The notes: a model not told the origin generated them from the letters alone. A stretch of DNA of 64,000 bases from Candidatus Nomurabacteria bacterium GW2011_GWC2_42_20 (GCA_000998425.1 LCDG01000002.1:35178-99177); one strand, 5' to 3'; shown: positions 28,343 through 39,004, counted from the first letter of the stretch. A program made the numbers and translations.

Positions 28343-29761
28343 ATGGTAGCAACATTCGTACTTGTATATATGTTAATGATGATACCTATTGGTATCTATG
28401 CTTCACGCAAAGTTAAATCCTCACAGGATTTCGCTCTCGCAGGACGTCATTTGCCATTTTCTATGGCTCTCGCAACTGTTTTCGCGACATGGTTTGGCTC
28501 AGAAACATTTCTTGGGGCTGGGTCCCGCATGGCCGAGGGTGGCTTCCTCTCGGTTATCGAAGATCCTTTTGGCGCAGGTCTCTGCCTCGTTCTTATCGGT
28601 CTATTTTTTGCGAAAAAACTTTATGCGAAGCACAATCTAACTATTGGAGACTATTTTCATGAGCGATACAACAAAACAGTCGCAACACTTCTTTCTATAG
28701 CGATAATTCTCACATATTTTGGGTGGGTTGCGGCTCAGTTTGTGGCGTTAGGGATAATTATAAATATGCTTCTTGGGATACCTGCAATTACTGGGATGTT
28801 GCTGGCAGCTATTATTGTCGTTATCTATACATATATTGGCGGTATGTGGTCCGTATCCATTACAGACACAGTACAAATGGGGGTCATAGTGGTTGGTCTG
28901 TTTGTTATTTTAGGAGAAGTCCTTTGGCAAATTGGTGGGATTGGAACAGTTTTTGCAAATACACCTGCTGAGTTCTTCAGGGTTACTCCACCAGATGCTA
29001 CAACAAAAGATTGGCTTGCATGGATTGCTGCTTGGATGACGATAGGTCTCGGATCTATTCCGCAACAGGATGTATACCAGCGTGTGATGTCTGCAAAGAC
29101 TGCGGCGATAGCGAAATGGGCGTCAATCTCGGCTGGAGTCCTTTATTTTACTATCGCTCTTATCCCACTCACTCTTGGTCTCATCGCTAGAATAAAATAC
29201 CCTGAACTTGTTTTAAGCGACCCACAACATCTTCTCCCTACTCTCATTATGGACAACACGAGTGTTATAACTCAAGTCTTTTTCTTTGGCGCGCTTCTGT
29301 CAGCTATTATGAGTACTGCGTCTGGCGCCCTTCTCGCTCCCGCAACCCTGCTTGGTGAAAACGTTATCAAGCCATTCTTTAATAACATTACTGATAGGGT
29401 TCGGTTGTCAATTATTCGTTCTTCAATAATTATTATTGCGCTAGGTGGTTTAATGCTGGCTTCCTCGCAGGGGAGCATCTACGAACTTGTTAGCGGAGCA
29501 TACTCAATCACTCTTGTTTCTGCATTTGTGCCACTTGTGATGGGTCTCTACACAACAAAGGCAAATAGCCTAGGCGCGCTTCTTGCAATCATCCTTGGCG
29601 GAGCAGGGTGGCAGTTTACCGAGCTGTATATCGTGGATCCTTTTATACCAGCGACATTAGTAGGACTTGGATTAAGCTTTATTGGGATGGTCGCTGGTAT
29701 ATTCACAGAGAAACACATACACAGATTATCTAGACATATTAAAAAACTACCTAAAATATGA
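28343..29761 (+). CDS. Sodium:solute symporter (SLC5, choline-transporter-like)
   Basis: DFALAGR, ATWFGSET, GGMWSVSITDTVQ, GSIPQQDVYQR, LSAIMSTAS; many TMs. Confidence 0.9.
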   Translation: MVATFVLVYMLMMIPIGIYASRKVKSSQDFALAGRHLPFSMALATVFATWFGSETFLGAGSRMAEGGFLSVIEDPFGAGLCLVLIGLFFAKKLYAKHNLTIGDYFHERYNKTVATLLSIAIILTYFGWVAAQFVALGIIINMLLGIPAITGMLLAAIIVVIYTYIGGMWSVSITDTVQMGVIVVGLFVILGEVLWQIGGIGTVFANTPAEFFRVTPPDATTKDWLAWIAAWMTIGLGSIPQQDVYQRVMSAKTAAIAKWASISAGVLYFTIALIPLTLGLIARIKYPELVLSDPQHLLPTLIMDNTSVITQVFFFGALLSAIMSTASGALLAPATLLGENVIKPFFNNITDRVRLSIIRSSIIIIALGGLMLASSQGSIYELVSGAYSITLVSAFVPLVMGLYTTKANSLGALLAIILGGAGWQFTELYIVDPFIPATLVGLGLSFIGMVAGIFTEKHIHRLSRHIKKLPKI

Positions 29762-29821
29762 CAATTATGGTCGTGGCGCATGCTCTTGCATTATTAGGCA
29801 AGATATGCTAGAGTAATAGCA

Positions 29822-30085
29822 ATGATTACGACAAAGCAGAAACAGAATATTATCAAGAAAGCGCAGATTCACGCCACAGACACTGGCTCGCCAGAAGCTC
29901 AGGTTGCACTCCTTTCAAAGAGTATTGACGAACTCGCTATCCATTTGAAGAAAAACCACAAGGACAACCACTCTCGTCGTGGTCTTCTGCAGATGGTTGC
30001 GGATCGTCGCACACATTTGAACTACCTCAAACGCAAGAGCAAGGTTCGCTACGAATCTTTGGTTAAAAAGATTGGTTTGAAATAA
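29822..30085 (+). CDS. rpsO: 30S ribosomal protein S15
   Basis: DTGSPEAQVALL, HKDNHSRRGLLQMV. Confidence 0.98.
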   Translation: MITTKQKQNIIKKAQIHATDTGSPEAQVALLSKSIDELAIHLKKNHKDNHSRRGLLQMVADRRTHLNYLKRKSKVRYESLVKKIGLK

Positions 30086-30221
30086 GATAAACAAGAAGGC
30101 CCCTAAGAAGGGGTCTTCTTGTTTATCTTTGTTCATGAGATAATACAAAAGTAGAACACGTTAATCATTTTTATAAATTAAAAACATGTATCGCATGCTC
30201 AATGCGTGCCCATTTTCATAT

Positions 30222-30815
30222 ATGGCAATCATCAAACAAAAGGAACAGCGTGTCGCGATGTTTATTGACGCGCAGAATCTTTACCATAGCGCCCGTAATC
30301 TTTATGGAGCAAAAGTAAACTTCGGAGCAGTGCTCAAGGAGGCTGTCGCTGGAAGACACCTCGTACGCGCAATAGCATACGTTATCACCACTGAAGGAGA
30401 GGAGGAAAAAAGTTTTTTTGACGCTTTAAATAGTCTTGGTATCGAAACGAGAACAAAGGATCTTCAAATATTTTTTGGTGGAGCAAAAAAAGCCGACTGG
30501 GACGTAGGCCTCGCGGTAGATGCGATACGCATAGGGTCCAAGGTTGATGCTGTAGTTTTGGCGTCAGGCGACGGAGATTTTGTGCCACTGGTTGAATATT
30601 TAAAGTTTATGGGGACACAGGTTGAAATTATTACCTTCGGACGCTCAGCATCTGGGAAACTTCGCGAGGTATCAGACGACTTTATTGATATGTGCGATGA
30701 TCAGCGTAAATACCTTCTTGGTTCGCGTGGTGGGAACATAAATGTTGGGAACCCGCGTCGCGTAGCTCGCAAACAGGCGCCACGTCTGCGAAAGGAAAAC
30801 CAAAAGGGAGAGTAA
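30222..30815 (+). CDS. NYN domain protein (LabA/DUF88 family)
   Basis: FIDAQNLY, KADWDVGLAVD, SGDGDFVPL. Confidence 0.9.
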   Translation: MAIIKQKEQRVAMFIDAQNLYHSARNLYGAKVNFGAVLKEAVAGRHLVRAIAYVITTEGEEEKSFFDALNSLGIETRTKDLQIFFGGAKKADWDVGLAVDAIRIGSKVDAVVLASGDGDFVPLVEYLKFMGTQVEIITFGRSASGKLREVSDDFIDMCDDQRKYLLGSRGGNINVGNPRRVARKQAPRLRKENQKGE

Positions 30816-30927
30816 GAAAGCTGTCACCAAACAACCTTTCTGTTACAATTTTCAGTTTTTGACTACGACAAGCATAATTAAAAGCCCGACATTTTATGTC
30901 GGGCTTTTGTTTACACAAGAATGGGCG

Positions 30928-31134
30928 TTAACCGTAGAAATGATGGCTGGTGCAGGCCATACCCATGGAAAGGTCTGCTTTTTTTACACCTTTCTCTCCA
31001 GCTACTTGGTCGCCAGATGGTACAGCCCCTGGATGGCGAAAACCTGAGGAACCAGGACTTGTCTGGGCGGTTGATGCCATAGCCCGAGCTCGAAACGAAC
31101 CACTTTTTGAGGAATGCTGTTCATTCTTGTTCAT
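30928..31134 (-). CDS. Small hypothetical protein, stand-alone cassette
   Basis: TTGCAA-17-TAGTGT, GGAG SD, terminator aaaagcccgacat-ttt-atgtcgggctttt at about 30880-30908. Confidence 0.5.
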   Translation of the reverse strand: MNKNEQHSSKSGSFRARAMASTAQTSPGSSGFRHPGAVPSGDQVAGEKGVKKADLSMGMACTSHHFYG

Positions 31135-31254
31135 TTTTCTTTTCTCCGTATATTAAGTTGAAGGACAAAAACCAGCCCGCACACTACCACAGGATGTGTG
31201 AAATTGCAACACAAGCTTGGACAGGTTGAGATAGAGCAGGTATACTAAACAGTA

Positions 31255-32259
31255 ATGGAACAAACTGCTCCTAATAAAAAACTAGAACCTGGAGTTTACC
31301 AAGGAACCCCAGAGTCTCCTGATCAAAAAAAGCTGCCATCTCAACGTGTCATTCGCACAATGCAAAATGACGCTGAAGAAGCGATAAAGACACAAAATGA
31401 AACAGCTGTGTCTATCGCTCTTGCAGAGGAAAAGAAACGAGCAGTTCTGCAGGCAAAACTTGCAGCAGAAAAACAAATACAAAACGGGACATCTGGTGGC
31501 GCGCCAAAGCGATTTGGGCGAACGTTCGTCATTTTCATATTAGTATTAATTATTATTTCTGTGGCACTCTTATTTATTTTTGTGTTGCCAAAAATAAAAA
31601 ATATCACATTACCAACAACATCTCCGACGATTAGTGTACCAGCTAAAACAATCACTCCCATACAAGAAACCCCGAAGACAGAGTCACTCGCTCCCTCTCT
31701 TATCTCTGTACAGTCCGAAAAACGTTTCAATATAGCAAATGAAACCCCAGAAAAGATATTTGCTGAAATTTCTAATGAGCGCAAGTACGGGATCTCAGCA
31801 TCATCCATTAAAAATTTCTACATTTATGAAGATGGTGGCGCTGACGCAAAGGCTATATCGGTGAATCGATTTATTAGTTTTACTAATACCCAAGTGCCAG
31901 AAATTTTTGTTCGCTCGCTCGAAAACCAATTTATGGTCGGTTTCTTTGGCGAGTCCAATGGCGGGACTGCTCCGTTTATTATCATCAAAGTTTCTGATTA
32001 TGAAACTGGACTTGCTGGAATGCTAGAGTGGGAAAAGGATTTGCCGCGCTTTTTTGATACTGTGTTTGGAACAAATATTATGAATGGTGTAACAACAATA
32101 AAATTTAACGACATTGTCGTAGGTGGGAATGATGCACGGTATCTTAATGTTGTTTTTGGCAATACTATCGCGTATGCATTTGTAAACAAAAACACTCTTG
32201 TAATAGCGAGCAGCCTAACATCACTCAAGGAGCTCCTGCCACTTGCGGGGAAAAACTAA
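31255..32259 (+). CDS. Hypothetical single-pass membrane protein
   Basis: IRTMQND N-motif, one TM, GMLEWEKDL motif in the C-terminal domain. Confidence 0.8.
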   Translation: MEQTAPNKKLEPGVYQGTPESPDQKKLPSQRVIRTMQNDAEEAIKTQNETAVSIALAEEKKRAVLQAKLAAEKQIQNGTSGGAPKRFGRTFVIFILVLIIISVALLFIFVLPKIKNITLPTTSPTISVPAKTITPIQETPKTESLAPSLISVQSEKRFNIANETPEKIFAEISNERKYGISASSIKNFYIYEDGGADAKAISVNRFISFTNTQVPEIFVRSLENQFMVGFFGESNGGTAPFIIIKVSDYETGLAGMLEWEKDLPRFFDTVFGTNIMNGVTTIKFNDIVVGGNDARYLNVVFGNTIAYAFVNKNTLVIASSLTSLKELLPLAGKN

Positions 32260-32277
32260 ACACGTTACACTATACAC

Positions 32278-32637
32278 ATGACAAATATTTCTGATCTTAA
32301 AAATATGCTTCTGGAGGAAAAAGTTCGCCTTACAAACGAGCTTTCTATGGTTGGCCACAAAAATCCTGAAATAGAAGGAGACTGGGAGCCATCTGCTCCA
32401 GACCTAAATAACCCAACAGCAGACGTAAACGATGTCGCAGACAGCATTGAAGCGTTTGAAGGAAACTCGGCGATAGAAGTAGAACTTGAAGCGCGCCTCC
32501 TTGAGGTAGACACTGCTCTCGCTCGCATTGAGGCTGGTACATATGGTATTTGTCGTATATGTGGCGCAAAAATAGAAGACGCTCGCCTACACGCAAACCC
32601 AGCAGCCCCTACCTGTATCGCACACAGAGAAGGATAA
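32278..32637 (+). CDS. DksA/TraR C4-type zinc-finger protein
   Basis: Coiled coil with DVAD, GTYGICRICG...RL.ANP.A.TCIAH. Confidence 0.88.
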   Translation: MTNISDLKNMLLEEKVRLTNELSMVGHKNPEIEGDWEPSAPDLNNPTADVNDVADSIEAFEGNSAIEVELEARLLEVDTALARIEAGTYGICRICGAKIEDARLHANPAAPTCIAHREG

Positions 32638-32655
32638 ACTCGCTCGTATGCGAGA

Positions 32656-34200
32656 ATGACTATGCAATTTTCAAAACTATTTTCTGCTCAAATAGTCGGT
32701 CTCGTAGCTCATATTATCGATGTTGAAGTTGATCTTTCCAAAGGTCTCAATGCTTTTTCTTTGGTTGGACTTCCGAGCGCATCTGTAGATGAATCGCGTG
32801 ACCGCGTAAGTGCTGCTGTAAAAAATTCTGGTTTTACTTCACCTAAACAAAAGAACCAAAAAGTTGTAATTGCGCTAGCCCCAGCAGAGCTCAAAAAGGA
32901 AGGGTCTCATTATGACCTAGCGATTGCACTCGCATACCTGATGGCCTCAGGTGAAACGAGGTTTGACCCAAAGGGTAAATTGTTTCTTGGAGAGCTGTCA
33001 CTTGATGGGGTCGTTCGACCTATTCATGGGGCGCTCCTAATAGCAAACGCAGCAAAAAAAGCAGGATTCTCTGAAATATTTTTACCTGAAAAAAATATGC
33101 GTGAAGCTGCGTTGGTAAGTGACATAAAGGTTTACGGCGTGCGCAATCTTTCTGAAATCTTGCAACATCTAGACAAGAATCAAAAATATAAACTTGCACC
33201 GCATATAAATACTGACACAAACAACGCAGAAATAATTTTAGATAAAACAATAGTTGATCTTTCTCATATCAAGGGGCAGGAGTTTGCAAAGCGCGCTCTC
33301 GAGATCGCTGCAGCAGGCAACCACAATCTAGCAATGTGGGGACCACCTGGAACAGGGAAGACGATGCTTGCGCAGGCCTTCCAACATATTCTTCCAGACC
33401 TACACAACGAACACTCTCTAGAGGTCACAGGAATCCACTCGGTAGCTGGAACACTCCGTGAAAATATAATGACGCGACCACCACTTCGCGCGCCACACCA
33501 TACAGCATCGTACCCTGCAGTGATTGGCGGAGGGGCGATACCAAAACCAGGAGAAATTACCCTTGCGCATCGTGGCGTGCTTTTTCTTGATGAATTTCCG
33601 GAGTTCGACCGCCGCGTTATTGAGTCTTTGCGTGAACCGCTTGAGGAAGGGCACATTCGCATCACGCGCGCAAAGGGTCACGACACTTTTCCAGCTCGTT
33701 TCATATTGCTCGCTGCTATGAACCCTTGCCCGTGCGGTAAATACGGAAGCGAAGATAGGTGTATATGTATGCCGGGGACTCTCGCATCATATACACGCAA
33801 GGTTTCAGGACCAATAATGGATCGTATTGAGCTCTGGGTAAAAGTTTCTCATATGAGTCATGATAAACTAGCAGAAGCTAGTACTGGTGAAACAACAAAG
33901 GATGTGTGTGCGCGCATAACAAGGGCCAGAGGGATGCAGGAGGCGCGATTTGCAAACCATGCGCGTAAAATAACCACCAATAGTGAAATGCGGGCTGATG
34001 ACATAGAAGTTTTTATAAAACTAACACCAAAACTTCGCACTCTTTTTAATACATCTGCGGAGCGTTTAAAATTATCACCTCGCGCTCACCATAAAACAAT
34101 AAAAGTTGCTCGCACTATTGCTGACCTGGATAGCTCTGATGACATACAAGAAAAGCACATCCTTGAAGCACTTGCGTACCGCCCGACAGAACTCAAATAG
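32656..34200 (+). CDS. comM: YifB/ComM family Mg-chelatase-like AAA+ ATPase
   Basis: VGLP..SVDESRDRV, GELSLDG, GPPGTGKTM, LAHRGVLFLDEFPEF, AMNPCPCG. Confidence 0.93.
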   Translation: MTMQFSKLFSAQIVGLVAHIIDVEVDLSKGLNAFSLVGLPSASVDESRDRVSAAVKNSGFTSPKQKNQKVVIALAPAELKKEGSHYDLAIALAYLMASGETRFDPKGKLFLGELSLDGVVRPIHGALLIANAAKKAGFSEIFLPEKNMREAALVSDIKVYGVRNLSEILQHLDKNQKYKLAPHINTDTNNAEIILDKTIVDLSHIKGQEFAKRALEIAAAGNHNLAMWGPPGTGKTMLAQAFQHILPDLHNEHSLEVTGIHSVAGTLRENIMTRPPLRAPHHTASYPAVIGGGAIPKPGEITLAHRGVLFLDEFPEFDRRVIESLREPLEEGHIRITRAKGHDTFPARFILLAAMNPCPCGKYGSEDRCICMPGTLASYTRKVSGPIMDRIELWVKVSHMSHDKLAEASTGETTKDVCARITRARGMQEARFANHARKITTNSEMRADDIEVFIKLTPKLRTLFNTSAERLKLSPRAHHKTIKVARTIADLDSSDDIQEKHILEALAYRPTELK

Positions 34201-34282
34201 AATGTTGAATGAGTAAAAAAGAGCGCGCGTGACCTACGGCCATGCGCGCTCTTCAATATTCTAAATTCTATATTCCACCCAA

Positions 34283-35359
34283 CTAGAACGGATTCTTTGC
34301 GCCACGAACCTCAAAGTGAAGGTGCGGGCCTGTTGACTTCCCAGTATTACCAACCTCTCCAATCGGTTGACCCTTATCGACACGTGCGCCTATTGGTGTA
34401 TAAACAGCGCTTAGGTGCCCGTACAGTGTTTGCGTCCCATTTGGGTGCTCAATAACTAAGTAGTTTCCATAACCACCAAACCATGGGTTGGAGAGTGTTT
34501 GGAAACGACTTACGATAACTGCCCCTTCTGCTGAAGCATATACTGGTGTACCTATTGGTGCGCCATAATCTACACCATTATACCCATGAATCCCCTGTGT
34601 CTTATGCCCATCTGGTACTGGGTGTGAGTAATAGCCACCAATAGAAGGGTACGCAGCAATCACTTTGGAGCGACTTACATTAGCCTTGCCAGACAGTGCT
34701 ACTGAGGCCTCCTTCCCGTTAGGGATAATCACTACATCACCAATAGAAAGTTTCTGATCAACAGTGATATTATTAAACTCTAGAATTTCATCAATGTCCC
34801 CTTTGTACTTTTTTGCTATATCTTTAAGCGTGTCCCCCTTTTTTACAACATGTTGAACTCCATCTATGGGTAGAATAACCAAATGCTGTCCTACACGTAG
34901 GCTTGCGCCACGAGAAATGTCGTTAGCCCAGAGAATTGTGTTAACGGTTACATCAAACATTTTTGCTATTTGCTCAATCGTGTCTCCTGAGCGTACAACA
35001 TATAGACTAACCTTGCCTTGCCGGCTACTTGATTCGATATCTGCAATGGTGCCAGACGGACCAACTTCGGAAGAAAAAGCTTGATCATCCATCGTAATAT
35101 CACCACCGCCAGTAGCTTTTTTCGTATCAAAATTTACAACACCCTCCAAAAAGGCGATTGTCTGAGAATTTTGTGCTTCTGCGCGCGCGGGTGGAGTCTC
35201 GACGCTCTCAGACCTGATAAATTTACTAAACAAATACGACGACGTACGAGCCTGCGCTTGGGCTATTGGCATACTTAGCCCAAATAACACAAAGGTTAAA
35301 ACGAGTCCAACGCTCGTGAACTTCGAAAAATGTGTATATTTCGCCCAGCCTGCTTTCAT
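34283..35359 (-). CDS. LysM-LysM-M23 peptidoglycan endopeptidase
   Basis: Two LysM domains (YVVRSGDT; HVVKKGDTL), HGYNGVD, TLYGHL, STGPHLHFEV; start uncertain. Confidence 0.9.
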   Translation of the reverse strand: MKAGWAKYTHFSKFTSVGLVLTFVLFGLSMPIAQAQARTSSYLFSKFIRSESVETPPARAEAQNSQTIAFLEGVVNFDTKKATGGGDITMDDQAFSSEVGPSGTIADIESSSRQGKVSLYVVRSGDTIEQIAKMFDVTVNTILWANDISRGASLRVGQHLVILPIDGVQHVVKKGDTLKDIAKKYKGDIDEILEFNNITVDQKLSIGDVVIIPNGKEASVALSGKANVSRSKVIAAYPSIGGYYSHPVPDGHKTQGIHGYNGVDYGAPIGTPVYASAEGAVIVSRFQTLSNPWFGGYGNYLVIEHPNGTQTLYGHLSAVYTPIGARVDKGQPIGEVGNTGKSTGPHLHFEVRGAKNPF

Positions 35360-35657
35360 CTGCCCTCGGCTGAGGTCCTTTATTTTTGTAGAAATGGTTA
35401 TATGAAATATGTATCCTCCTGTCGTGCAGCCGTGTCGGGAAATATCGTCTTTTCTGTAAACCTGGGGCCTATCCCCGAGATTACCTAAATCGTAGCACGA
35501 AATAGTATTTTTTGGGAGTGGGTTGGGTAAAAACTGTGGATAACTCAAAACCACCCAAAAACCATTGACTTTTGGGTATAAATTAGGTATAATTAAAAAG
35601 TAGTAATTTTATTTTGATTGTACGCAATTACAGAATTGTGCAATAATTCACTAAACA

Positions 35658-38615
35658 ATGAAACACCTAGTTGAAAAACAAATTGACAATGAAGCGACAG
35701 GCGGTTTTAGTGGGACTCGCTCCACAGATACGCCTAACAAGGAGATTCGATTAGGAAGAACTAGTGAGGACTCTCCAGGGGTTGGCGCTTTTACAGCAGA
35801 AATGATCGACTCCGAGCGTGCCTTTGCAAAGAGAGAGGGCACAGAGAAATGGGATAGCTCGAAATTTGAGGACAGGGATGAAGCTGAAATAAAAAGGAGG
35901 ATTTATAACCTTAAAGAAAGGCGCCCACTACCTCAAAAGGAAAAGGAGGAGCTTGAGGAGCTCTATTTTGAGCTTGGGAAAATAAAAGAATCAAGGGGAA
36001 AAAGGAGAGCCAAGCCAGAATTAAGCACAGAACAACGTGATTTGCTCCGTGAAACGATTGGGCAGGTAAATGCGACCAGAGAAGAACATGCCTCATTAAG
36101 AAGCAGTGGCGATATTATGTCGTTAAATGACAAATTAGCTAACAATATTGATAAATTAAAAAATATAACCAGCGAACTTGGTGGTGTGGATGGTAGTGAA
36201 ATGCGTGACGCCAAAAAACTGCTTGACTCTTTACGCGTAGAAAAAAGAAACCTAGAAGACTTAGCTACTGGGTACAAACCATCAGGGAGCCTTACGCGTG
36301 AACAATTTCTTGTGCAGAAGCTTGTTGAAGCAACACAAAGCCGCGGAGATGCTCACAGTAATGAGATCAAAAAAGTTGCACCGAGTATTTTTGAATTAGA
36401 CATTGCAAACAAAACAATGCAGAAAGACATGGACAGACTTTCTGTTCAAGACAAAGCGGGATCTGCTATACTAAATGAAACACCTTTTGAAGAAAAAAAT
36501 ATGAAACAAGAACTACCACCACTTGAATTCACACATACCGACGAGCAGCCGAAGGAAAAAGAGTCTTTCAGCCCTATTGAATTGCGCGAGAAAGAAATCA
36601 TTGAGAGGCAAAAAGAAATCGCAAATAAAACTGATATCGCTTCCATCGAAGAAAAAGTTGAGCTTGAGAAGGAACTCTCTTCTATAGCAAAAAGACTCGA
36701 GGAAAATGCATCTGAGGCGATAATAAGCCATGGGAAGCAAGGCTCCGATGTAGCAAAGATTATTCTCGAGGAAAGGGTGCGCATTATTGAGGGTGGAGAA
36801 GAGCCAGTTGCTAAATTCATTAACGCAGACGAAGGTACAGCAGAACCAGTTGGCATGCCTACAAACTCAAGTGAGGCAATCACAAAGATGGAGAGCAAAG
36901 CGATAAGTATAATAGACAAGCTGGATAAAAAAGTAGAGGCGCGCGCAGAAAAGATTGGTGCACTTGATAAAGTGCGCGCAGTTGGCAAAAAATGGAATAG
37001 TCTCCCAAGGCACTACAAGCTTCTATTTACTGCAGGGCTTGTTCTTTCTGGCACAGGAGCGGCAATAGTTGGGTCTGCTGTAGCAGGCGGGGCAGTCGCC
37101 ACACTTGCAGCTGGTTCGCGAGCTCTAGCTGGGGCGGGGCTCTTTGCGTCATTTGAAGAGCTTATGCGCAGGTCACACGAGCGCAAAATAGGTGAACCAA
37201 TCACAGAAGCGACTGCTGCAAGGCAGGCAGTTCTTGCAGGGACTCTCGCTATACTTATGGTAAGCATGCTCCCAGCCGCAATGCACAACGTACTGGAAGG
37301 AACCGGCGCGACAGAAGTGCTTGCTTCAGCAAAAATAACTGGTGCAACTGAACCAACTGGAGAAAAACATTTGTCACCAATCTTGCCTGACGAGCTACTA
37401 AATAATGCGTTAAGTTCAGAAAATAAAGGCCTCTCTGAAATTGCACAAGCTATGCAAACTGGAGATGTTGAAGCGGTTCGATTGACCGAGGAAACCCTTG
37501 GTATCACACACGAGGAAGCCCTGAGGCTCATAGATGAGCGTAAAATAGTGACACAGCTAGAGACGCCAGCTTCAGCAAACCTCTCTGACCAGGCTAGCTA
37601 TATCGAGACAGCAAAAGCTGGTGACTCTGTTTGGAAAATGTCTAGTGAGCAACTCAAGGCACACTACGGAGAAAAATTTACAGGGCTGCCAGAGGACCAG
37701 CAAACTCGTATAATTGATGCCATAAAGGATAGGATTGTGAAGCACCCAGAATTGATCGGGTTAGAGGACGCTGACAAACTTGCAGTAGGTCAAAGTGTGG
37801 ACTTTGGAGGCATACTTAATGACATGGAATTCATGGATGCGCAATTTTCTGATGTTGAGCAAGTTGCTACGCAGGAAGATCTTCATGACACAACGACAAG
37901 TGCAACAATCGAGCAACCAAAGCAGGGCGAGTGGCTGAATCAATTTAACGCGCGACTCGCTGAAAGAATGACAGCTGACGAGGCTCAGGCCTTCGGCAAT
38001 GAGATAGGAAAAGCCTTGGCGGTAAATGATATGGAAAAGGTTTTTGAAATTGAAGGCAAGATGGGAATAACACACGACGAATTCCTTCGCCTCGTTGAAG
38101 AGACCAAAAAAATAGAGGGTGCGCCCAAGGTAAATATCCCAGAGGCACCGATACAAGATGTTCTTATTTCAGAAGCAGAAACAGTTACCGCAGAGGTAGG
38201 CAAGTTACTACAGGAGCCAAACACAGAACCTCAAGTAAGCACCCCTAAGGATCCGCAAGTACTAGCCTTTGCGGACAAACAGGTACACGAGCATGTCAAC
38301 AGTATGTTTGGAACAAGAGGGTTCCTTGGGTTTGGGTCAGAAACGGGGATTGACTCAGCACATTGGAAGCATCCGCAAGTTGGTTTTAGTACAAAAACTG
38401 TTGGAGAAATAATGACTGCGGAACCAAAAGTATTATATGAAGACGGTTCGAAGCATTTTGGTATAGAGGATTCATCTGCTACTGAAAAAATGAGAGACTA
38501 TCTCAAGGCGCTGTTCAAAGAAACAGGGCTTCAGCCAAAACAAGGAATTACTGTTGAAAACTATATTAAAGACGCAGAGGCAATAAAAATTGGCAAACTA
38601 ATGAATAAAGCATAA
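35658..38615 (+). CDS. Large hypothetical membrane-associated protein with LysM-like domain and internal repeat
   Basis: 985 aa; charged N-half, Gly/Ala-rich hydrophobic core, AKAGDSVWKM...KLAVGQSV. Confidence 0.8.
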   Translation: MKHLVEKQIDNEATGGFSGTRSTDTPNKEIRLGRTSEDSPGVGAFTAEMIDSERAFAKREGTEKWDSSKFEDRDEAEIKRRIYNLKERRPLPQKEKEELEELYFELGKIKESRGKRRAKPELSTEQRDLLRETIGQVNATREEHASLRSSGDIMSLNDKLANNIDKLKNITSELGGVDGSEMRDAKKLLDSLRVEKRNLEDLATGYKPSGSLTREQFLVQKLVEATQSRGDAHSNEIKKVAPSIFELDIANKTMQKDMDRLSVQDKAGSAILNETPFEEKNMKQELPPLEFTHTDEQPKEKESFSPIELREKEIIERQKEIANKTDIASIEEKVELEKELSSIAKRLEENASEAIISHGKQGSDVAKIILEERVRIIEGGEEPVAKFINADEGTAEPVGMPTNSSEAITKMESKAISIIDKLDKKVEARAEKIGALDKVRAVGKKWNSLPRHYKLLFTAGLVLSGTGAAIVGSAVAGGAVATLAAGSRALAGAGLFASFEELMRRSHERKIGEPITEATAARQAVLAGTLAILMVSMLPAAMHNVLEGTGATEVLASAKITGATEPTGEKHLSPILPDELLNNALSSENKGLSEIAQAMQTGDVEAVRLTEETLGITHEEALRLIDERKIVTQLETPASANLSDQASYIETAKAGDSVWKMSSEQLKAHYGEKFTGLPEDQQTRIIDAIKDRIVKHPELIGLEDADKLAVGQSVDFGGILNDMEFMDAQFSDVEQVATQEDLHDTTTSATIEQPKQGEWLNQFNARLAERMTADEAQAFGNEIGKALAVNDMEKVFEIEGKMGITHDEFLRLVEETKKIEGAPKVNIPEAPIQDVLISEAETVTAEVGKLLQEPNTEPQVSTPKDPQVLAFADKQVHEHVNSMFGTRGFLGFGSETGIDSAHWKHPQVGFSTKTVGEIMTAEPKVLYEDGSKHFGIEDSSATEKMRDYLKALFKETGLQPKQGITVENYIKDAEAIKIGKLMNKA

Positions 38616-38624
38616 GATACAACC

Positions 38625-38930
38625 ATGAATAACCCAGAACTTCGAGAAGCATTAATAAAAGAACTTGGTATTGGCGAACTCCCAACTGAAACGCAGGATG
38701 AAATTGTGGATAAGCTTGGCGAGGTTATTTTTAAATCTCTTACGGTTTCAATATTTGAAAAACTTTCAGATGCTGCGCGTGTTGAATTTGAAAAGATTAG
38801 CGCAACAGGCGACAATTCCTTGATACAAAAATTCCTAGAGGAAAATATCCCTGACATGCAAGCGCTGATGGAGGAGGAAATAAAAAAGACAATGCGAGAC
38901 CTCGCGGAGATAAAAGAAGAAAGTAAGTAG
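38625..38930 (+). CDS. Small acidic helical protein (DUF5663-like)
   Basis: ELGIGELP.E.QDEIV..LGEVIFK pattern. Confidence 0.7.
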   Translation: MNNPELREALIKELGIGELPTETQDEIVDKLGEVIFKSLTVSIFEKLSDAARVEFEKISATGDNSLIQKFLEENIPDMQALMEEEIKKTMRDLAEIKEESK

Positions 38931-39004
38931 CACAAAAAAAATGTAAAACAGCGCGCATGGATAATCCCTGCGCGCTGTTTTACATTTTGTGCTAAAGTGT
39001 CTCG

